From NCBI GenBank assembly GCA_021613535.1, contig CP075495.1, positions 372,001 to 436,000 of the forward strand: 64,000 nucleotides of DNA. Reading direction: 5' to 3'. Position 1 is the stretch's first letter. Every line of letters starts with the position of its first letter. A program made the translations under genes and the position numbers. Positions 1 through 12,768 of this stretch are shown here, one piece after another. The notes beneath the pieces were generated by a model that saw only the letters and a list, made by a program, of their open reading frames with translations, made no database searches and was not told where the DNA came from. Origin of the DNA: Adineta vaga. Taxonomy: Eukaryota > Animalia > Rotifera.

Positions 1-419
1 ATCAGATATTTGAATTTAATAAATATAGAAATAATATTGTGTTACGAGTCTGTGATCAATCACTTGACGATAAATTTCAATTTATGTTTAACTCTTCTAT
101 TAAGATATTATAAAGTCATGAAAAAGTAACATTTTATGTGAATATTGAGAAGCAAAAATCTCTATTTATTTATATCATTCATTTGTTCTCAACTTTATCA
201 GAATTTCATTCGACTTTTAAGGATTAAGACGATCTTCTCGGATAGTAGAAGGTGTCGGTTCGAGTTTCATGAAGGTCATATTTTTCGTCATTAATCTAAT
301 ATATAGTTAATCTATTGAACAAAAGTATGAAAATAAAATATTTATGATTAGAAATAGATCACTAAATGTAAATGATATGATGATGATGATTTATTTAACA
401 TTTTCTCTTTTTAAACAAA

Positions 420-2871
420 TCAATGTCTTATAGGTATTGTTGATATATATGTATTACCATCGGTATCTTCTTCTGTACTTGTGAATATTTCTTTACAAAT
501 AATACATTTTGGATTATGAATAGTTTGTTGAACTTGGAAAAGACATTCTTTACACATTGTCTTATGTCGACATGGTTTAGAATTAGATATTTGATCAGTA
601 ATTAATTCAAGTTGTACAACAACTTCTTTTGCTGTTGGTCGATCTTTTGGATTAGTATTAATACATTGAAGAATAAGTTGACGATAGGTTTCGGGAATTT
701 GATCAAGATTATTGATATGACCTTGAGTAATTTGAGTTGGTCGATCATAACGTGGTTTGGGTGTTACCATGTACATTAGTACACCAAGTGAATATATATC
801 AAAAGCTAAACCATCATATGAATATTGATGATCAATCGAAGAAGACGAATTTGTTGATCTTCATCAAGTACAACATTTGAAACTTTAATATCACGATAAA
901 CTAATTCTCGAACATGCATTTGTGCTATGATACGAGAAATATTCAGTGAAATTTGAATAGATTTATCCAGAGATATTTCATGAATATGATCGAGAAGATA
1001 ACGAAGTAATATAATTAGATTTTTCATAAAGATATTTCAATGGAACTATATGATTAATATTTAAACGAGTAACAGTTCGATGAAAATGAGCTTCCATATA
1101 ATCAATATTTTGATGAATAATAGGATCACATAATTCTTTGGCAACAAGACGTTTGTCAGATCCCCAAGAACATGGATGAACTAAAAAAAGACCACCTTTA
1201 CCTATCACTTCTTGTTTAATATCTGGAAGATGACCATTATGTTTGAATAAATCAAGATTGGCTATTAAACGACATTCTATACATGAGAATTGTGGAGCAA
1301 AAGTAGCGAGTTCATAAGCTTTTTGTCTATGTGCAATTGTATTAAGTACGAGTTGGTAGTAACGATTGATTTTTTCTATGAAATTATTTTTATTTTTAAT
1401 AACGAATTTCTTCATCTAATATTGATAATTTGTTTTCAAATTCTTGTAAAAACTCTCGAATATATCTTTTTTCATTCTCAATTTCGTTTTGTCTGACAAT
1501 TTCTCCCGGATTTTTGCCTTTAATTTTATTATACAGATAAATAGAACCAGGTATAGGAATAGTAATGACACTCAAAACAATAGAGAAAAGTCTGAATATC
1601 AACGAAGTTAAAACTTTGCCAACTGTGATTAATACGTCAGAATAACGGAGAAAAATGCTTATCTTACCACTATAAATTAACATTTCTCGACATCCTGCGC
1701 TCAATAACTCGATCTTGGTACTATGAATCGATAACAATTGTTGATTGACAATGAACATTGTATCCTTGTGAGCTGTACGTAAAGTTTCATAGAATACTGG
1801 TTTGAATACTTCATTCTCAACAGTTAATGCGAGAAATTCTCCACGAAGATACTCCGCAGCTTCTGTAGCGATAGATTTTCTCTCATTATCTACTCCATTA
1901 CCCTCAAAATTCACTCTATTTATCCCATTCATTTCGAGATCGTCGATTAGTAATAAGAACAAAATCAGAAAACGTATCAATAACTGTGAGAATAATTTCA
2001 CACACTTGTTTAGTACTTTGTAAGTCATATTTAGCGGTAAAAGAAACTAAAAATGTCGAAACAATCACAATTTTCCAGAGAAATACGCATTAACTTTGAG
2101 AAGTAAATTAAATCGTTTAATTCGTTCGTTTTCAAGTAGTGTTGTCTCATTCTCATCGCATCTTCGTGATCATTACGTATAGTTGCGGCATCAACTTTTG
2201 TATTGAGAAAAAAAATACCAATCCCGCGAAAATGACGACCAAGGGTAAGTTTCAATTGATCAAAACATTTTCGTGTATCATCAGATACAGTCGGATTATC
2301 ATAGAGAAATAAAAGACAAGGACGCATAGCTGTAATTAAGCCTGGTATATCATACACTTCTAAGCCAAGTTCAAGAATCGGTGATGGAAGACGAATATTT
2401 ATCACAATCAATTGGTCTCAATAAATGTTCTTTGACTTTCTCTTTTAACACTTTTACATTAACTTTTTTTTGTTAACGAATAGTCAATGAAATAGGATTT
2501 GGTACATAAGTAAATTTGACAATTCTTGCTGTTATCTGCTCCAATACTAGTCGGGAAAAATTTACCACATTCAAGTAATTCATGAAGAAAAGATGTTTTA
2601 CCTGATGAATTATATCCACAAATTGCTAATCGTACTTTTTCATTTGGTTTGTATTCTTCAATAATCTTTTGTTTCTCTTCACCGAGAAAAATCTGAGCTG
2701 TATCTTTTATTGTTGTCAGATTTTTGTAAACATCTGTAAGTTTTTCTAAAATATTGATTGAATAAGTTCAAGAAACTCACGTGTTATTGTTAATGTCAAT
2801 TTTTTAATTAAATTATTTGATTTAATTAATTCTGTAATGAATTCAGAGTTTCTTTCTATAATATTCGTCAT
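420..2871 (-). pseudogene. Frameshifted DSTYK-like gene: dynamin-like P-loop GTPase + protein kinase + partial RING
   Basis: Reverse strand ~2640-2550 reads VRLAICGYNSSGKTSFLHELL (P-loop). LEVYDIPG and FFLNTKVD (G3/G4) follow. Kinase motifs IGKGG, LVAKEL, YRDIKVSN, FDIYSLGVL and RPTAKEV, plus a Cys-rich tail PCRHKTMCKEC...CIIC, are split over several frames without clean introns. Confidence 0.65.
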
Positions 2872-3379
2872 TTTATCTTTGTTATAAAATGAATAAATGT
2901 TCGTTTAAAGATATTTTTACCTTTCTTGAGATAACTGATTCGATTTAAAAAAAAGAACATTTTGAAGTTTTTTCCAACTTTCGAATGACTCATTGAGCAG
3001 AAACTTTGAAGAAAAAAAATTCTTTTTCTTCTATGATTATTTTCCAGTACATATATAGTTGTTTTTTCTCTCTTTCATCAGTGTCTTTTGACTTCGATTT
3101 TGTCCTTATTCATTCCCAATAAACACGGTAGACTTGATTTATCACAGTGAAATTTCTCGAGATACCTTTTCAGCCTACGATTATATTGGAGGTTGGAGTC
3201 TACTTTTATATTCCCCATAAGGAGAACTTCACATTGATCATTCTGTTAATCTATTACTGATTATTCTAATATTTATTTTTAATAAACAGTTAAATGAGTC
3301 AATTTTATCTTGAGAATGTAGAAGAAGAATATATCTTCATTCACTTTGACATCTTCATCGTCAAGATAATGTGTTTATT

Positions 3380-3850
3380 TCAAATATTATTAACGTATTG
3401 ATCTCGAAGATTTCTTAATTGATTAATAAAATCTTCAAAACCTTTGATTAATTGTCCTTTTTCAAAATGAACACGTTTTGTTTTATTAAACCATTGAATT
3501 TCAATCCATTCTGCTCCACCATCAGCACAATCTGGACATCCAATTGTTTCATCTAACTGTTGAAAACTTTTTGGATCAACAAGACTAATCAACTGTTTCC
3601 ATTGATCTATTGAGAAAGAATATTGTTTTTCAACAGATGGATAATCAGTTTGAATATAATTTGGTTCTTTTAAAGTAATTAATTCATATTTTGGACTTGA
3701 TTTTATATTAATTGATCGTCGACAATAACCAACACATCTTCCAAATGATGTTCCACTTGATATTGATAAAATATCTTTTCGTATACATTTTCCATTGATT
3801 AAAATTAAACAATTAATCAAAAGAAAACAGAAAATGAATCGTCTTAACAT
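3380..3850 (-). CDS. Secreted Cys-containing protein of bacterial-like type (GTSFGxCxGYC / GCPDCADGGAEWIE motifs)
   Basis: Single-exon 156-aa ORF with a hydrophobic N-terminal signal peptide and two well-formed Cys/Gly motifs. Confidence 0.75.
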   Translation of the reverse strand: MLRRFIFCFLLINCLILINGKCIRKDILSISSGTSFGRCVGYCRRSINIKSSPKYELITLKEPNYIQTDYPSVEKQYSFSIDQWKQLISLVDPKSFQQLDETIGCPDCADGGAEWIEIQWFNKTKRVHFEKGQLIKGFEDFINQLRNLRDQYVNNI

Positions 3851-6441
3851 TTTTTGCTATTCTTTATTTGCTTTTCGCTCTTTCTTATATAGAAAATGAA
3901 ACGATATTAAATCGAACAGCTTGTTTTTATTATATTTACATATGTCGACAGATCACATGATTTGAAAAGTTTTCTGGGTACAAATTTAAAAAAAAACAAT
4001 TTTTTTCGATATCATATGAAAGAATTTGTTTTAATTAATAATAAAACGTCTTTGTATGAGTTAGGTACGCACTTTCTATTTGTCATGTTTACGTTCTCAA
4101 GTAAGAGATATTTGAGTGCGGTCAAAAGGTGTTATGAACTGTATGTGATTCCTTCACTTGAGCAGTTGGGAGTAGCGAATCCAAGGGACGTCGATAACCG
4201 ACTTTTGTAAAAAATTCTATTCAATTTTCATTAGAAAATTGATTCATTGATGTATTGAAATTTCAGCAGAACAATAATCCAACATAGATCTAGATTTTAT
4301 TAAATAATTTAATGATGATAAAAAATACATAATGTCAGTATAACGTTTATCTGTTGAAAGCAAATTTGTATTGTATTTTTATCAAATAATTTCCTTCCTC
4401 TTCATTGATTAATTTGATTTTAGATGAATAGATAATCATTGTTTCATTTTTGAGAGAATTCTTGTTTGAAATAATAAAGTTCTACAAATAAATGGTTGGG
4501 GTTTATTTGAAAAATATTTGATACGTTATTGTTTTTTAAAATCCTCTTTAGCTGTTGAATTCTTCTAACATATTTGTTGTTTTAAATATTTTCAATTGTA
4601 CGAGAAACAATTCGCTGGAATTGTGATTCTAAAAAATAATAAAATGAAAAATAATTCGATTCAACCTTGTTTTTATCGAATATAAAGAAATCGATTGTGG
4701 ATATATGTGTGCTTTCTTTTGTATCATATTATATCGAATTCAATCAAGTGTGACGAAAGCAAATATTCTCTTTGTTTGATTTTATTCTTTGTCGCTTGTC
4801 TTTCTAATTGGCTTTTTCAAAATCGAAATGATATTTTTACTTTAAATATTTGCATAATAATAATCATTTCTGTGCTTTTTTATTCTATGGATCTAATCTT
4901 GGTGGAATTAGTATTCCTTTTTCATTTTTTACAATAAATATTCAATCGATTTTGTTCATAAATGCATTGTAGAATTGACTATTTCATTACCATTTCTAAA
5001 TAAAAATGGTTCGCGGTAACTTTTTCTCTTATGGATATATTTATATTTATGTTCGATCCTCGACTCAACGTTTTCATTCGGAATCGATTTTCATGCAACG
5101 AATTCGAATTCATTGTCGAGATATTTTATTATTGGATGGACACCATTTTATTCGACTTTAATCATAAGCTGTTTCATTTCGATTAGATTTTTAGATTCTA
5201 GTCTAATTTAATAATACAATTTCTCTCACTAGAAATTGTCACGAAAATAAACAGGAAAACGTGATAAAAGAAAATTAATTTTTTAATAATAGAAGATGTC
5301 AAAGAATATGATCAGTTATGTAAATAGAAAAATGAATGTTCTTCATTGATATTTCGAATGATAGGACCGTCTCGACCCATTCGTTCATTCCTTTTAGGAA
5401 TTGTCTTATAATTAAATGCAACATTAATACTGATCTGCTTTTTGTCTATGCTCTCAACTGAATAATTACTGTGTTGTTCAGAGCATCCGATTTCATTATT
5501 TCAGTGTATAAACGTTTCCGAACAAACACGATGTTGTTAAGTTATTCATAAAATACAAGATATCTAAATACTCACGACTCAATTGAATTTCATATGAACA
5601 ATAATTTTCATTTATTTATTAAAACTCGTTCTTCGACTAAAGGTATATATGCTTCAGCATAAAATTCAACTACTGATCAATCGCGTAATATTAAGTAAAA
5701 TGTACATGTTTGAATAGCAGTCGTTCGTAGATTTTCTGAAACTTGTTGATAGCTCCATAAACTTTCCTTTCCTTTCTCATTGATAGAATCTTCTTCTAAA
5801 CTTGTAATTAGAAATATTATTTTTATTGATTTAACAAGAAAGTTAAGATTATTTATAAACACATCTATCAAATGTTCTCAATAGTATTCTTAAAACTGTA
5901 TTAGATCATAAGTTGTTATCTGATATTTAACATTATCAATTGCAAAATGTCAAATATTAAACACAAATCTTACAAATGAGAATGAAATGACTAATTTAAT
6001 CCAACTAAAATTAAAAGAAATTGATTTGAATATCAATGATATTGAACATGTCGAACAATATTAATATTATTTTCTATTCCGCGATATTGAATATTACATA
6101 ATCAGTTTCTATCCGGAGCTCACTCACTCGATAATCGAGTTCTGTCGACTTCAAAAACGTCCTTGACGAAATCACATTCTCATGTTTTCTTATATATATA
6201 TTGATATAAACACAACTAGAATTTCTAAAACTATAGTTCGACAAATGATTAATATCACGAAATTGAATGATTATACATCTACTTTTTTGATGATCATATG
6301 ATGTTAAGATGAGTAATACACTATATGAATTAAATGACATTAAAATATGGGGAAAAAACCAAGTTTGTTTAGTGAAGCGAGAATAATGAGAAGTTACGTC
6401 GTATAAAATAAAAAAATAACATTTGGAGAACATTGCCAATA

Positions 6442-7116
6442 ATGTCTGTCGAAGAAAATCATCATTCTGACGTATCCGTTCCTATTGAAAATTCGCTTCC
6501 ACAACCATCAGTTGATAGCAATCAGAAAGATCAAATCGATACAAATCTATCAGTTGGATCACGATCAGAAATTATTTTACAACCTATTTTTCAATCAAAT
6601 GTTCCTTCAGAAGCACAAGTTTCATTTCCAAGAGTATCATTGAATTCTTCCAATCGACATCGTTCTCTTTTATCTACTTGTAGTATCACAATCGGTTGTA
6701 TTCTTTTTCTTATTATAATAGTATTATCTATTCCAATAGCTCAACTTGTAATCGGTATAAAATATCTTCATCAATGTCCTATTCAATCTAATATTCCAAT
6801 TTATCTTATTGTTTCTGCGAGTGTTTGTATTTTCGCCTTGTTTTTCGGATTTCTGCATTTCGTGTTTGCTGAGAGAGACTTTCCAAAATATCTAAAATGG
6901 TTTTCACGAATTATTATTGGACTTCTCTCACTATTTGGATTTATCTGGCTTATCATTGGAAGTGTCTGGACATATTCTATCGCTAATAGAGTTCAACATA
7001 TAGATCCTAATGGTTCGAATTATTGTCATGAAGTTCTTTATCGATTTTCATACGCTATTACAATTCTATTTTATATTTCAAGTTTTTTCTCATGTTGTCA
7101 ACGATGTTTTCAATGA
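6442..7116 (+). CDS. Multi-pass membrane protein, TMEM272-like
   Basis: Four hydrophobic segments with IG..YLHQCPIQSNIPIYLIV, WLIIGSVWTY and YCHEVLYRFSY patterns; first ATG at 6442. Confidence 0.7.
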   Translation: MSVEENHHSDVSVPIENSLPQPSVDSNQKDQIDTNLSVGSRSEIILQPIFQSNVPSEAQVSFPRVSLNSSNRHRSLLSTCSITIGCILFLIIIVLSIPIAQLVIGIKYLHQCPIQSNIPIYLIVSASVCIFALFFGFLHFVFAERDFPKYLKWFSRIIIGLLSLFGFIWLIIGSVWTYSIANRVQHIDPNGSNYCHEVLYRFSYAITILFYISSFFSCCQRCFQ

Positions 7117-7627
7117 GAAACTTTCAACGAAAAAATTTTACCTATTGAATAAAAGATAAATTAAGTCGATTAAATCATCAAACATTTTTACTCTCATTTA
7201 ATGTAACGTGTTCTTCTTATTCATAAAATGTAATTACCTTGTGGGTAAAATATCATATTTTATGAAAAGAAAAAGGAAGAGATAAACATCGATGAAATAT
7301 TTTATTTCAATGATTCACTTGTTGTATTCGTATCAGTTCTTGGAAAGTGCTTCTTTTGCGCTTTTATATTCGATTTCATCATTTTTCATTTGTGATATTT
7401 TCATATTAAATATATATCGAATTGACAATAAGTTAAATCGAAATAGTCAATCTTAGATCGAATTATGTTTACTTTCGAATCATAAAAACAAATCATCTGA
7501 TGAGACTTTGAAATAATCTAAAATCAATCATGATGATTATATAACTTATTCAAACTCACAATCAAAAAGAGTTTATGATTTAAAGAAATTTTCGGATAAA
7601 ATAAAATGTTTGTCTTAAAGTAATTAG

Positions 7628-8895
7628 TTAAATCAATTGATAAACTTCAATATCATCGCATTTGAATTCTTTTCCTCCAGTGAACGTCGCATTTCCAAAA
7701 CCAAGTGTATCTATATAAGCTTGGGGAAAATCGATAGAAGAGTTGATTACATCACATCGGTCTTGAATACAAATATCTGCAGAAAGACAACTAGCAGCCG
7801 CACCATATAAACCATACGCAGAAAAACCAAGAGCAAGACCGCCAGACAAAAGACCAAGTGTAACACCACCAAAAATCGGTCCACCACGATTGTAATGATA
7901 AGCAGAAAATTTTTTCTGAGTGGCTTAAATATAAAAGAGAATATAATAATTATTTAGGAAAATAAATGAAATCAATATATATGGAACAGTTCTCTCATGA
8001 AAATCAATAGTGTGTAGAGCTGTTTCGTAAGATACCGATGCGAAAATCAATTCAAAGTTTCGACCATACTCTTTTCGTCCTGTTTGACAAAATACTCGAT
8101 AGTTTTTCAGTTTTCGTATTCTCAAGTCTTGAATACTAAATCCTTAACAAAAAAAGTGTTGATTTTAGAATAATTGACTTTTCCTTTTTCTTTCTCCTTT
8201 TCACTTTGAATATCGATTCAATGATCTTTCTGATGTATTCTTAATTACTCTTTTATACGAATATACTCATTAATTCAGCTTGCCTTTTTGATTAACATAA
8301 AAACTAATCCTTCATATTATTGTTTTTACTTACGACTTGAATGCTCGCCGATAAAAAATTTTGTCATCGGTTTTCCATGTGGGTTTGTTAGTGTGAATAA
8401 AAAGGCTGTTGAATCTGTTCTTCGTCCATTATCTGAACTCCATGGAGGGACCGTATATCCACCAAACAAGTAACCACCAGCTTGTGATTTAATAATTGTC
8501 ATTGTTGGACCTTTTCTATCGCATTGACGATGAAAATCTGTACCACGAAAACCATCTCTTTTTGCTTTGTAGAGCAATTGCCATTGTGCCTCGTTCTTTC
8601 CATAAAATTCATTTAATTTCTGTTGTTGTTCAAGATTCAATAAGTTTCCACCATGAAAATAATTTTCATCTTTAGAATCTAAGGTATTCGATTTCTGATT
8701 GTTATTACCTGTGTCTTCTCGAGGTTTATGAATAATATCTAAAACAAAATTATCATCAATAAGTTCTGTTCGAGTATGCTGAGAAGGGAAATAGAATATC
8801 TTTGAATTCAATAAACATAACTGTTTATACCGAGAAAGTTGAATATTTGAATCTGCTTTTATAGTAAATGATGCTTGATGAATATAAATAGCCAT
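7628..8895 (-). CDS. TLDc domain protein (2 exons: 8895-8334, 7923-7628)
   Basis: WQLLYKAKRDGF, FHRQCD.KGPT, YLFGGYT, AFLFTL, GPIFGG and FTGGKEFKCDDIEVY. GTAAGT donor at 8333 and AG acceptor at 7925-7924 keep the frame. Confidence 0.85.
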
Positions 8896-9180
8896 CTTGC
8901 ACCTTTGACTATCACGGATTATGAAAAGTGTAGAAAGAATTCGTCAGTACAATCGCATACTTTTTAAAACTCCGAATGAACTTTAAGTAAAAAATTTGAA
9001 AATTCTCGGTTTATGACTAGGTACTAATCGAATACTAACATATCTCTCCGATAAATAGAAAGTGTTGCTTATATCTTGTTTTACTTACTGACTTCGATTG
9101 GTAAGAATGCCACACACAAATTATAATTTCCTTTAAGACTAAAAGAAAAAAAGGTTTGTTTTTATTTCAAGAAATTGTTG

Positions 9181-11538
9181 TTATTTTGAAAGTATACACT
9201 GAGAAATAAGTTCTTCTTTTGTTATCTTATCATCCTTTTCTCTTTTATCAAATTTCATAATTGTTTTGGCAATTAACGAAGAAGAACTTGAATCATCACC
9301 TTTTAATTCTGCTATAGCTTCCAAAAGTTGCACCAATTCTTCACTACTGACTTGTTCTTGATCATTATAATCACACATTTGAAAAGTCTTTCGAAAAATA
9401 AATAAACAAAATGAATCGAAAATTCGTTAGTGCAATCCTTGCAGAATTCAAATATATCGGTGTATCTATATATACATACGAGTGCAAGTTGATGTTCTAT
9501 ATCACCAGGCAACGTTAAAGCAATAATTGACATATATTCATCAAAACTAATAGTACCACTGTTATTTCTGTCGAGCGTCTTAAACGCATAATTACAATAA
9601 CATCATGGTTCACCACTAATTACAACAGATATAAAGTATGTCTAATCATAATTGCAGTGTTTTAGAAGCAAAATATACCGTGGGAAAAGTCGCTGAAGTT
9701 CAGCAATAAACTCTTCTTTATTCATTTCACCACTCGGACTAAAAACGTATCATAGAACAAGTGAATCATTTCAAAACCACGGCTTACTGTGCAGCAATGA
9801 ATTCTTTATGTCTTTTTACTATTTCCGAAGTTGTTATAGTTGAGAGTTTATTTTCTGTTCGAATTGTTCGAATTTGATCTTCCGATAAAGTGACTATAGA
9901 AAGAAAAAGATTTGTTTATATAATAATAAAGAATCTGACTACATTTACTTCGGGAAGTATGATAATAATCTTTTCCTTCATCGATTTTTCCACGAAAAGC
10001 ATGATAGATAACACATCGATCAGGTTTATCATCCAAATTCTCAAGTAAATCATGATCAATCAAACGAAAGATGGATTTTTTCGTTTCATTTTTCATTCGA
10101 GATTTATATAAATTACTAAAAAATCTTATTTGTCTATACCAATTTTCAATATCGTTTATTTTCCATTGATTTGAAATATGTAATAGATAAACATCATGAT
10201 CATGATATTGATTAATAAAACCATGAATTGATGTTGTTTTAGGAAAAAGAAGATTTGAATCTCGTCCTTTCAATTGTTTATTTTCTCCTTCAACATCTTC
10301 TAAACATTGACGAATTTCATTTAATGAATCAATTTTAGTTTTATTCTTCGAATTTTCTTCTAAAAATTGTCGAATTGATCTAATAGAACATGGATTATTT
10401 TGATCAAAATTGTTTAATAATCCGATCATTTTCTGTTCATCATCTTCACCTCGTCGTATCTTTTCAAGTAATGATGCTAATTCATGTTGTGTATCTGATT
10501 GTATTACTTTTAAATTCGATTGTTTATCAGTAATAATTTCAATCCAATTTGATGGAATCCAATCTTTCCATGGTTTAATATTATCAAGAAAATCATTGAC
10601 CATTCTTTTACCTTGAATTATTTGTTCAAAAACATCTTCAAAACGATTTAAAAGATAAATTGAAGCAGTTTTAATCATTCTAAAATAAAGAATATATTCT
10701 CTTATTTTATAATTCAATATTAAATGAACTTATACCGATCAATAGATAATTCATATTTGAAAATTTCAGCCATTCGTTTCAATGGATATAATTCAAATTC
10801 AAGTTGTTGTCCTTTTCCATCATTTAATTTTTCTAATTCAGATGGAACTTTTCGGAAAATATTAAAAACATCTTCAACTGTATGTGGTACATCTTTAATT
10901 AAAACATCACCAGAAAAACTAATCTTTAATGAACGAAATTTTGAATTTGCTTGATCAGCATGTTCCAATTTTGCTTCACCACTAATGTTAATTGTTGGTT
11001 TCTTTAAATATGCTGTTAATTGACCTTGAATTTCTTCGGCTGCCTCTGAAGTATCTAAAGTTTCTTCAAATGTTGCTGCAATATTTGCACCCCAAGTAAT
11101 TCCAATAACACAATGTGTTGCATTTGGATTTTCCAATGCATCAGATGAAAAATAATTACATAAATCAGCCATACTAATATGTAAATGTTGTTTTTTTGTT
11201 TTCATTTGAAGAATATGTGTTACTCGAACTGTTCGACTATCTGTTTTTGTTTGATTTAAATATTTAGCTGAACCTTCAACATTAATCAGACCAGCCATAA
11301 GACTAACTTTCATTGCTGCATCAATATGTAGTTTGTTCAATGTTTCTTTTTGAGATTCATTTTCATCGAAAATATAATTTGTATACGCACAATCCGTTGT
11401 TGAAACATATGATGATGGTAATTCTCGATTAAATAAATTTCTACCTTCAAAACGATCACTACGAATATCATACAAACTTCCAATAAACTCATGTCGACCA
11501 ATGGCATGGCTTCCAATAGCTTCATTATTTGCGCTCAT
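9181..11538 (-). CDS. Stonustoxin/verrucotoxin-like (MACPF-related) N-terminal domain spliced to a neuronal-calcium-sensor (recoverin-family) EF-hand domain; one in-frame TGA at 9605-9603
   Basis: AIGRHEFIGSLYDIRSDRF, VEGSAKYL and ATHCVIGITWGANIAATFE are SNTX-type motifs. Five short GT-AG introns join, in frame, LSEDQIRTIR...HKEFIAAHPSGEMNKEEF...FPRGEP*CYCNYAFKTLDRNNSGTISFDEY...TFQMCDYNDQEQVSSEEL...FDKREKDDKITKEE. Confidence 0.75.
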
Positions 11539-12367
11539 CTTTCAATTGTCAATAACGAAGAATGAAAATATAATAATACGTGTAATTTCAAATCTATAAA
11601 TAAAGAGATATATCTCTTGAAGATGTGGATGTGAATGAGTACTGTGTATGTCTTCTGTTCACCCACAACTTCATCTAAGATGAGCGAAAAGAGATTAGAG
11701 CGATATCGTATACATAGAATATATTGAGTGGCAACTGAATCGTATTCATTGTGCATCTTAGTTGACTAGATGACGAACTACGAAGTAATGCAGTAATTTA
11801 CATGTTTAGATTATCATCCCAACACTCGCGTTGCCACAGATTGCGCTACGATTTGAGTCTTCTTAGCAACGAGAAAAAGAACTTTTTATATATGGTATTA
11901 GATAAGACAGAGAAATCTCCCATAATTTGTTTTAAAACGAGAGAATGGTTTATGTCTTTGTTTTTGATAATAAAAGAAAAATGGTTATGTAGGTGCTTTG
12001 GAATGAAAAAAAAGGTTTATATCTGTATGAGTCCTTCGGTAAGAAGAAAAAGTCCTGTATATCTGTGTTTCTAAACGAGAAAAAGAATCGTCTGTATGTG
12101 CTTTTTGATAAGAATAAAGGTGTCCCGAGTGTCCGAAGATTGGGAAGAAGGAGAGGAGATACTTAGAAAAAATTTACCTAAAGTAGTAAAACTTTATCTT
12201 TCTAGGATACATTTCAAGGTTATTTTGACAATGTTTATTCGAACATTTTTATTCAAAAAATATACCACTAAACACAAGTTCAATTCATCATAAATTAAAA
12301 CACGTATTAAAAAATTACAAATTTGACATCTCGTCTGTTCTTTAACCATAATCATTGTTCAGCTAAG

Positions 12368-12448
12368 TTGAGGATATGGGTGAGGCTATGCGTGAAGGTA
12401 TATGGGAATAACGATAAAAGATCAAATACCCACACCCACCCTGAAGAT
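12368..12448 (-). repeat. Short telomere-repeat-tipped inverted-repeat element
   Basis: Reverse complement reads ATCTTCAGGGTGGGTGTGGGT...CCTCACCCATATCCTCAA, matching the copy at 16214. Confidence 0.6.
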
Positions 12449-12768
12449 ATTTTTTTAATGAATAAAATTTTTAAGAGAAAAATAAAATAAATTTCGAATC
12501 TAAATAAAAATAATATCTATTAGAAATAATTTATTAACATTTGTGATAAATACAACAACAACAAAGTCAGATGTTTGATAAAAACAATTAAATTTCTTTT
12601 TACATAAGCTTTGTAAATCAACAGAATAATATTTTCTAACAAAAAAAATCATGGAAATGGTCGATTTTTATCAACATCTGACGTTATATTTTATTGATAA
12701 AAAAGAGAAGAACATATCTGTGAAACAATATTACATTTTAATCGTCAGTTTTAACATCAATCGTGATC

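Noticed and set aside
3962-6070. Short ORFs and protein-like fragments, possibly a decayed F-box/LRR gene
   Set aside because: Too degraded to assign a frame or family.
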